Origin: Gemmatimonadaceae bacterium
Lineage (GTDB): Bacteria; Gemmatimonadota; Gemmatimonadetes; Gemmatimonadales; Gemmatimonadaceae
DNA: 60,769 nt
Assembly (NCBI GenBank): GCA_031396245.1
Contig: JANNKK010000013.1
Span: forward strand, 1-60,769
Direction of reading: 5' to 3'
A model generated the notes under the pieces. That model ran no database searches, was not told the origin of the DNA, and worked only from the letters and a program-made list of their open reading frames with translations. Positions within the stretch are counted from its first letter, which is position 1. Every line of letters begins with the position of its first letter. The position numbers and the translations under genes are program-made. This document shows positions 60,100-60,769 of this stretch, in pieces.

Positions 60100-60769
60100 G
60101 TGAGCAGGCACTCGGACGATCGGCGCGCCCTCCTTCGATACCTCGCGGCGAGTCCGCTCTTGGCTGCGGTAGGCACGCTCGCCTGCACCGACGACGATGA
60201 CGACGAGACGGAAGCTGTGGCGCTCGACCGACGCGGCACACTGGGAGAGCCCGACCAGGAACTCGGCCAACTGGTCACGCAGGCTGAGCAGGCCCTCGAC
60301 GTCTTCGACCTGCGCGTGACCGCCGAGCGCACCCTGCCGCCGGCGCACTACGGCTACATCGCAACCGGCGTCGATGGCGACGCGACCCTCCGCGCGAATC
60401 GCGCGGCCTTCGACCACATCCAGATCCGCAGTAAGCGACTCGTCGGCGTCGAGCGAATCGACATGAGCACGACGCTCCTCGGCACCGCGATGCCGACGCC
60501 GATCGTCGTGATGCCGACCGGGAGCCAACGCGCCTTCCATCCCGATGGGGAGCTCGCCACCGCCCGCGCCGCGAAGGCGCGAGACCACTTGATGATGCTC
60601 TCCACCGTGAGCACGACGTCGGTCGAGGACGCGACCGCGGCGCGCGGCGCGCCGATCTGGTACCAGCTCTACGCGACGTCGCAGTGGGACATCACGCAGA
60701 AGCTCCTCCGCCGGGCCGAGGGCGCCGGGTGTCCGGTGGTCGTGCTGACCGTCGACCTCCCCGTCTCCA
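60100..60769 (+). CDS. FMN-dependent alpha-hydroxy-acid oxidase/dehydrogenase with Tat lipoprotein signal, 3' truncated; absent from the ORF track
   Basis: AAGGAG RBS then GTG 60100. Manual translation: MSRHSDDRRALLRYLAASPLLAAVGTLAC...HYGYIATG..TLRANRAAF..PTG..HPDGELATARAA..LST..WYQLY..LTVDLP. Confidence 0.88.
   Translation, partial: MSRHSDDRRALLRYLAASPLLAAVGTLACTDDDDDETEAVALDRRGTLGEPDQELGQLVTQAEQALDVFDLRVTAERTLPPAHYGYIATGVDGDATLRANRAAFDHIQIRSKRLVGVERIDMSTTLLGTAMPTPIVVMPTGSQRAFHPDGELATARAAKARDHLMMLSTVSTTSVEDATAARGAPIWYQLYATSQWDITQKLLRRAEGAGCPVVVLTVDLPVS

Overview
High-GC bacterial chromosomal window, probably Gemmatimonadota (inferred from gene-family content; no marker gene is present). About 28 kb of the 60.8 kb encodes one receptor family: 10 complete copies plus one 5'-truncated copy of a Hanks-type Ser/Thr kinase - single TM - TolB/PD40-like beta-propeller protein. 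They form translationally coupled tandem runs of 5 and 3, plus singletons. The kinase domains are nearly identical and look mosaic, while the extracytoplasmic propellers are strongly divergent and appear shuffled against the kinases. A 12-codon relic marks a probable lost array member. Between them lie two RHH + nucleotidyltransferase putative toxin-antitoxin pairs, a multicopper oxidase with rearranged copper motifs coupled to a Tat-exported PLP enzyme, a sulfatase/FGE pair, three barrel-less TonB-plug-like proteins, exported peptidases and amidohydrolases, a LytS/LytTR pair, a TonB-dependent receptor and a truncated Tat-lipoprotein alpha-hydroxy-acid oxidase missing from the ORF track. Several genes look leaderless. 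No rRNA, tRNA, CRISPR array, transposase, integrase or reverse transcriptase was recognised. All family calls come from reading motifs by eye, not from database searches.
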